Assembly: GCA_043228905.1 (NCBI GenBank)
Contig: JBHGNT010000012.1
Location: 7,998,001 to 8,062,000, forward strand
Length of the DNA: 64,000 nt
Source: Azolla caroliniana
Taxonomy: Eukaryota > Plantae > Polypodiophyta
Direction: 5' to 3'
Made by a program: the position numbers and the translations under genes. The notes below the pieces were generated by a model. The model was not told the DNA's origin. It searched no databases and was given only the letters and a program-made list of their open reading frames with translations. Each line of letters opens with the position of its first letter. Positions within the stretch are counted from its first letter, which is position 1. Positions 58,041 to 64,000 of the stretch are shown here, piece by piece.

Positions 58041-60070
58041 AGACATACATCTTGGCTTATCATGACATTCATCTTGGCGAACCAGGAATCGAACCCATAA
58101 CCTCTTGGTTTACATATTGTACTTTAACCATTGTAATAACATATGTGAGATGTAATTATAATAATTATATGTTTAGTTATTACGAGATATTTAGAACATT
58201 CTAGATTATTCTAGAATGTTCTTGAATATTTCATGATTATATTTATTATTATTATTATTCATAAATATCTAAAATATTCTAGAACATTCTAGAATACTCC
58301 ATAAGGGCCTATAAATAAGAGTCCATACACTCATCACAACTCATTCGGTTCAACACCAGTCTTTAGCCCTTAGCCTACTCCTTGTAATCTTCTTTCTCAT
58401 AATATAATCGCATTCCCATTTCTTATCTCTCACTTATACTTTTCTCTCTCTCGCACTCTCTCCCTCTTTCACTCTCTTTCTATCACTATCGCTATCTCTA
58501 CCGCTCTCGCCATCTCTATCGTTATCGTTATCTCTATCGCCATCGCTCTCTCTCTGCTTCCTACTCAAGAGTCACGACACGAGATATCTAGGGACGATGG
58601 TGAAATATCCTCCATAGAGGATATTAAGGAAGAGATAAAAAAGGTTAAAGAATAGGTAAGAAACGACATGGAATTAGCAAAAACAGGTTGGGTTTCGATG
58701 TAGTAAAATGTAACATTAAAAAGGAAATAAACGATGAAAATATTGTAAACACTACCCTCGAGGAAGAGAAAATGCCTCAAGCTTGATGCCTAAATGTTTG
58801 TGTCATTGGACTCAAAGAAGGAGCATCTCCTGACGAAGATGCACAAACACTTGGGAAAATGCTAGGGTACATAGAGGCCCTAGCAATCACCAAAACCTGG
58901 AGGGTCAAGCGTGACACTACTAGGAAAAGAGCTTTTATCCTTCAATTTAAAAACTTTGAATCTAGAATCACATTTTTTAAGAAGAGACCAATTCTTCGAG
59001 GATTAGGCAGGGACCCTATCTACCTAGATGAAGACCTCACCAATATGTAAATTGAGCGCCGCAAAACTTGTATGTCGCGAATTGTGCAAGCTTGTAAAGA
59101 AGGGTATCACGCTTTTTACCGAGACAGACGAGTGATAATAAATGGTCGCACCACCAATTAACGGCGCGTGGCCCATGTGATAGACAATAAATTTAGGATG
59201 ACTTTATCGAATTGTAACGATGCACTTTGGACACACCCTGGCCGTCTCGGGGAGATTTTGAAGGTATTTGATATACTTTCTTAGTAGAAACACATTAGAG
59301 TCCAAATGGAGGATTGCCATGAGTTGAAGGTTTTCGTTGGGAGTTTGTTTTTAGACAAACCAACACTGGGACATTTGAAATAGGTAATATATTGTATTCT
59401 CATTTTCATGACTGGTTGAGCCGTTAAGAGTTGCCTATTTTGTTAGAATTTCACATAAAGGTATACACATGCGTACATCTATTCTTAAAATATGATGGTT
59501 TTCTTAAGTGTAACATTTCATGACAATAGAAGCAATAGTCTTATGTTCAATCTGTCATGTTTATCTACCCAATTCCTAGGTAAGAACTAAAAATCCATGG
59601 GACATTAATTCGATTTATCCTCATTCTACATCTATCATTGCATTTCTAGAGGTTTCGAATATGAAAGTCATCTAAAACGAGGGTTTTTTAGGTTTTGGGT
59701 GATACACATGAAACCTAAATTATCGTTAGAAACTCATGGCCACTGTCCAATCATTACAAGCTATTGATTCCAAGAAAATTGAATGGAGATTAATACGTAA
59801 ACTTCCCAATTTCTATTAAACTCAAAGTTGCACAACTTATACTTTATGTCTAAAGTCCTTCTATCTAAGATTAAGTCATACTATCTCCAAAGTTACTCTG
59901 AATATACTTTTTGTCTCAAGTCACACTATTATCGATAAATTTTAGAGTGTCAAAGTTCAACAACTATATTCAAGTCAAAGTACTATCGAAGATTCCAGGA
60001 CTGAAAATGTTCAACAATTAATATGTATAGATCTATATGCATTTAGCAATGATATCAAAAATATATATAT

Positions 60071-62717
60071 TGTTCAACGAGCAAGCTCAACCGGATCCGG
60101 ATCGGCTGAATAAGCCAGAGCCAGATCGGTATCCGGAACGGAGAACCGGATCGGTGTCCGGATGATATCCGGAACCAGGAGCCGAATCGGATTGAAACTG
60201 GTAGGCTATTAGAGGCCTACGGATCTAGCCTAGTACGTAGGCATATTTTTGGGAGTTAGTGTCAATCGCTTGTATGAGCATTGAAGTACCTGTCCGTCCT
60301 TTATGGACTTGTATAAAAGTGCTCTCTGAGCACATTCTATGTACACAGAGGATTATTATTTTCAAATAGAGTTTTATGTTCTGCTCTCTCCGTGTCTCTC
60401 CCGTGTATACTAAATATTCTCAAGCTTCCATTGAACCTGTGTTTTCTATTCTCTGTTGCTGCCTGGCTAAACTGGTTTTGTCAAGCTTCTATACGCTAAC
60501 TTTTACATGGTATCAGAGCGCGAGGGTTGAGACTCCTCTGCAATCGACAGACGCTTTCGAAGACAAACCCTAACACCCGGTGAAGAACAGTAGAGAACCA
60601 AAATGGACAGAGGTATGGCAAGTTCGCTTCCCACAGAAAAGCTTGACTGGAGCAACTATGCATCCTGGTCATATAAAATGCACTAGTACCTGCTGGGGCA
60701 TGGATATTGGAGCTATGTGGAAGGAACCAACGAGGTAGCATTGGAGCCGGCACACAAAGACTTCCCGACATGGGAGCAAGGAGCGAGCCGAGTATTGTAC
60801 TGCCTCGCGTCCGGTGTGCACGATTAGATGCTCGGCTACATCAAGGATGCAAAAACGCCAAAGGAGCCCTGGGAAAATCTATGGAAGATTTTCGCCGCAA
60901 GTACCACAACTCGAAAGTTGCAACTCCTGCAAGAGCTGAACAACATCCGGCAAAGAGATATGTCCATTATGGACTACACCACCAACATTAAGGAGATCTA
61001 CGATGCACTCGAATCCATCAACATAACGGTGGAAGAAGACAAGTTGGTGCAAATTTATCTTGTTGGTCTAACACAACGGTACAGGCCAATCCGAACTGCA
61101 ATTTGCACCTAGAAGAAGCCATTGTCCTTCTTCAACTTACAATCCATGTTGATGGTCAAAGAAAACAATGCGAGTGGGTCGAGGACCATTCAATTGGACA
61201 ACCAGATGTTGTACACGGAGGCAGATCGACCTCGTGGGCGTGGAGGACGAGGTGGGCCGGGACACAATGGAGGCGGGTGGCAATAGCAAAACCAGAGGCA
61301 TAGAGATGGTGCCGACAGTAGTTCCAGACCCTTCACAAGCAGGGGGGGTCAAGTCGGAGCCGGAAACCAGTAGTCGAAAACCGACCCGGAATGTTGGTAT
61401 TCTGGCAAGAAAGGCCACAGAGAGTGCAAGTGCTAGAAGAAGCGTGCCAATTCAGATAAATCCGGATCCGGCAAGGCTGGACAAGGGAACCAACAAAGTT
61501 TGGACTACGTAGAAGGATCAGAAGGATCCGGAACCGGGAAGACCGGAAAAGGGCCATTCTTCGTGATGAAGCACAAGGCGAACTTGATGAAGAAGACCAC
61601 TTTCGGATCGGAGGAATTATGGTATGTTGATTTTGGAGTGTCAAACCACATGACGAGCCACGAAGAGTGGTTCTCGTTTTTGGAGAAACCAGAACAATCG
61701 GGAATCGTCGAAACTGGAGACGACACCCCTCGCCCGATTGTGCATGTCGGAGAAGTCCCTTTAAGCCATGTTGGACAAATGGGAAAGCTCATGAACATAC
61801 TACATGTTTCGACAATCACAAAGAACTTGGTGTCGGTCGGACAAATCGTCGACCAGGGAATGCAAGTGTGGTTTACGCACCTCGAGTGCTTCATCGAGGA
61901 AGAAGGCTGGATAATCGCACAAGGGCGCCGAGAAGGGAGGATGTTCATCCTCAACAAAAATGACGTCGGCACCGCCATGTTTGCCAAAGGACAGAATATT
62001 GAATCGGACATCTATCTCTCGCGTAAGCAAATCGACCATGTTAACTACCAGAGGCTTCAAGATCTGCAATCAAAACAAGTTGTGTTCGGATTGCCGAAGT
62101 TTAGTGGCTGGAAGGCCCAAATATGTGAAGCCTTCCAACTCAGGAAGCAACACTAGCTTCCATTCCCCACCGAATGAAACCGGAGCCGTAACAAGCTTGA
62201 TCTAATCCATTCGGATGTATGGGGACTAACACAGAACGTTAGTCTTGGCGGAAGTCGGTATTTCGTCTCCTTCATCAATGGCTACAACCGGCACACGTGA
62301 ATCTACCTCATCGAGAAGAAAAGCGAATTCTTCGACTGTTTCCGGAACCTTCAAAGCTTAGTCGAAAGGGATTTGGAGAGGAAGATAAAGTGCTTGCGGT
62401 CGGATGGCGGAAAAGAATACTTTTGCGGCCAATTCAACAGTTATCTGCAGCAAAAAGGAATTTGGAGAGAATTCAACTGCCAATATACACCGGAACAAAA
62501 TGGTGTGGCCGAAAGAAAGAACCAATCAATTTTCGACGTGGCAAGGGCAATGCTGGAGGAGAAAAGCATGCCCAAATTCTATTGGGCTGAGACAGTTCGG
62601 AAGATTGTCTACATCCAAAATCAGATCGGGGACGAGGTGTCAGCACATGAGATGTATTTCGAGCGGAAGCCGAATTTGAGATACCTTCAGATATTCAGTA
62701 GCATAGCATATGTGCAT
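60071..62717 (+). mobile_element. Copia H: 5' LTR, gag, protease and integrase, degenerate; interrupted by Copia I
   Basis: LTR about 60071-60507, whose start resembles the LTR start of I. PBS tggtatcagagc at 60508. WYVDFGVSNHMT, LIHSDVWG, LRSDGGKEY, TPEQNGVAERKN. Confidence 0.82.
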
Positions 62718-63946
62718 TGTTAAAGATTGCTTGCGGAAGCGTTAGAAAGAACAATACACAAAGAGAGAGAGAGAGAGTACGTGGGAGAGACACACACAGA
62801 GAGAGAGAGAGCAGGACACACTATTCTTCAAAATTATATGAATACTCTGTGCTCTATATCTACAACGCGCTCATCAGCGCTATTTATACAAGTCCACATG
62901 GGACTGTTAGAAGTACGGTGTACTTCAATGCTCACACGAGCATCTAACACTAACTATGAGACTATAACTGCCTAGTAGTCTAACCTATACTAGGCTCTGG
63001 TTACAGATTGGATCCGGCAGACTGGATCCCCAACTCATCGGTCCTTACTGCTTACCAGCTTGGTTGCTCACCGACATACTGATTCATCTCGCTTACCAGC
63101 TCAGGCTTATTCAGCCGATCCGGCTCCGGTTGAGCTTGCCGCTCAACACTCCCCCTCAAGCTCAACTTGAGGTAGGGTCATAGTGTCAACCTCTGTGACA
63201 GCCGATTCTTCCAACCGACTTCTCCTGGCGTCGCTTCGCCTTGCTCGCACTCCTTGTCCGGTCCGGTCCCGTTTGCCGCGACCCCTTTGGTTTTGCGTGC
63301 CTCGACCTTCGGCATGTCTGCTCAATAGGCCCATCTTAGCTCCTTCGCTGCTATGACTCCGGTGCTTGCCGATTCGTCGGTTCCTCCGCGATGGCATCGA
63401 CTTCCGCTGCGTCCGTGTCTCCTTGGCCTCTCATTGATCCGACTCATCCGGATCCGTCTGTTGATCCAAATCGGCTGTCTCCGACTCGTTCCAGCTCTTG
63501 TCCGAATCGGTATCCTCCGATTCGATTTTCGGCTTCAGGCCTTTCCCCACATCGGACCACGTCCGGGTCTTGGCCTTCTCCGTGCTTCCCTTGGCTTCTT
63601 CAGCCGGTTCACCGAAGTCGAATTCTTCATTCAACTCCGCATCATGGCCATTACGATCGTGATGACCTCCGCATAGCATGCACTTCTCTTCCTGAGTGTA
63701 CACTTCTTCTTCACAGCCGCTCACTCCGACCTATTCCGATGTGCCGACTTCCTTCGTCAACTCAGCTTCATTTTTCTTCTTGTCTCCACCTCTACCGGTT
63801 CTTCTCTTACCTACGGGTTCAACAGATTTTTTGCCTTTGCCCGTTTCGGTAGTGTGTTTGCCCTTGCGTCTTCCCCTCAAGTGCGGCACGTCGAGATGTT
63901 GAACACCAAGCATTTTGGTAAAGTGCTGCAACTTGTCCGACCCGAG
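62718..63946 (-). mobile_element. Copia I: 3' end (RNase H tail, 3' spacer, PPT, 3' LTR 62718-63148), antisense inside H integrase
   Basis: Minus strand reads LGSDKLQHFTKMLGV..LRG, then PPT ttgagggggag followed by tgttgagcgg..ctttaaca. Confidence 0.75.
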
Positions 63947-64000
63947 TGTTACCCCGTACGAGATGTACGGAGAGTCAAGTGTGATGACCGAGGGTCGAAT
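63947..64000. mobile_element. Possible edge of a further LTR inserted in RNase H of I
   Basis: RNase H homology stops at tgttacc, the same terminus as the G LTR. Only 54 bp are visible. Confidence 0.35.

Larger units (their letters stand above)
52649..58579 (+). mobile_element. Intact Tcn1-like chromovirus (Ty3/gypsy)
   Basis: 547-bp LTRs at 52649-53195 and 58033-58579, identical by eye. Perfect TSD cgaga. PPT aaaaggggggataa. Intact gag and pol with a chromodomain. Confidence 0.95.
52260..59390 (+). mobile_element. LINE-C: degenerate 5' part (ORF1 and start of APE), split by the chromovirus
   Basis: Lys/Glu-rich coiled-coil from about 52412 resumes at 58585 (VIGLKEG..KTWRV..ILQF..PIYLDEDLT..YRDRRVIING), followed by an APE-like start (NCNDALW..ILSLVETH). 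Boundaries are approximate. Confidence 0.6.

Noticed and set aside
59948-60070. Alternative start of the Copia H LTR at tgtcaaagtt
   Set aside because: It matches the LTR end as an inverted repeat, but 60071 aligns with the LTR start of related element I and gives a similar length. Unresolved without the 3' LTR.

Overview
Eukaryotic land-plant nuclear DNA, probably from a non-seed plant such as a fern (inferred from Tcn1-like chromoviruses, tRNA-Trp-primed Gypsy elements and APE-type LINEs). There are only two host genes, convergent at the left end: the 3' part of a filament-like plant protein (FPP/DUF869) gene (+, 1-2856) and a complete 3-exon plastid BolA4 gene (-, 5106-6820). The rest is a retrotransposon nest starting in a (CT)n microsatellite about 200 bp upstream of the BolA4 ATG. 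LINE-A is followed by LINE-B (8902-51658). LINE-B contains Copia A, which contains Copia B and Gypsy G. Copia B contains Copia C (holding Gypsy D) and solo LTR E (holding gag-only element F). Further right are a young, intact Tcn1-like chromovirus inside a third LINE, and two more Copia elements. Boundaries were resolved by eye from TG..CA termini, PBS, PPT and target-site duplications (TSDs). Highlights: (1) Gypsy G has no polypurine tract; it carries tRNA-Arg-complementary sites at both internal ends, which suggests tRNA priming of both DNA strands. (2) The chromovirus has an 11-nt Tf1-type self-priming site and a -1 frameshift signal. (3) D and F look like an autonomous/non-autonomous pair with a tRNA-Trp PBS and 4-bp TSDs. 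(4) Two unrelated LTRs carry antisense tRNA-like modules. (5) LINEs are stacked in microsatellites. All family and tRNA assignments come from recalled motifs, not database searches.
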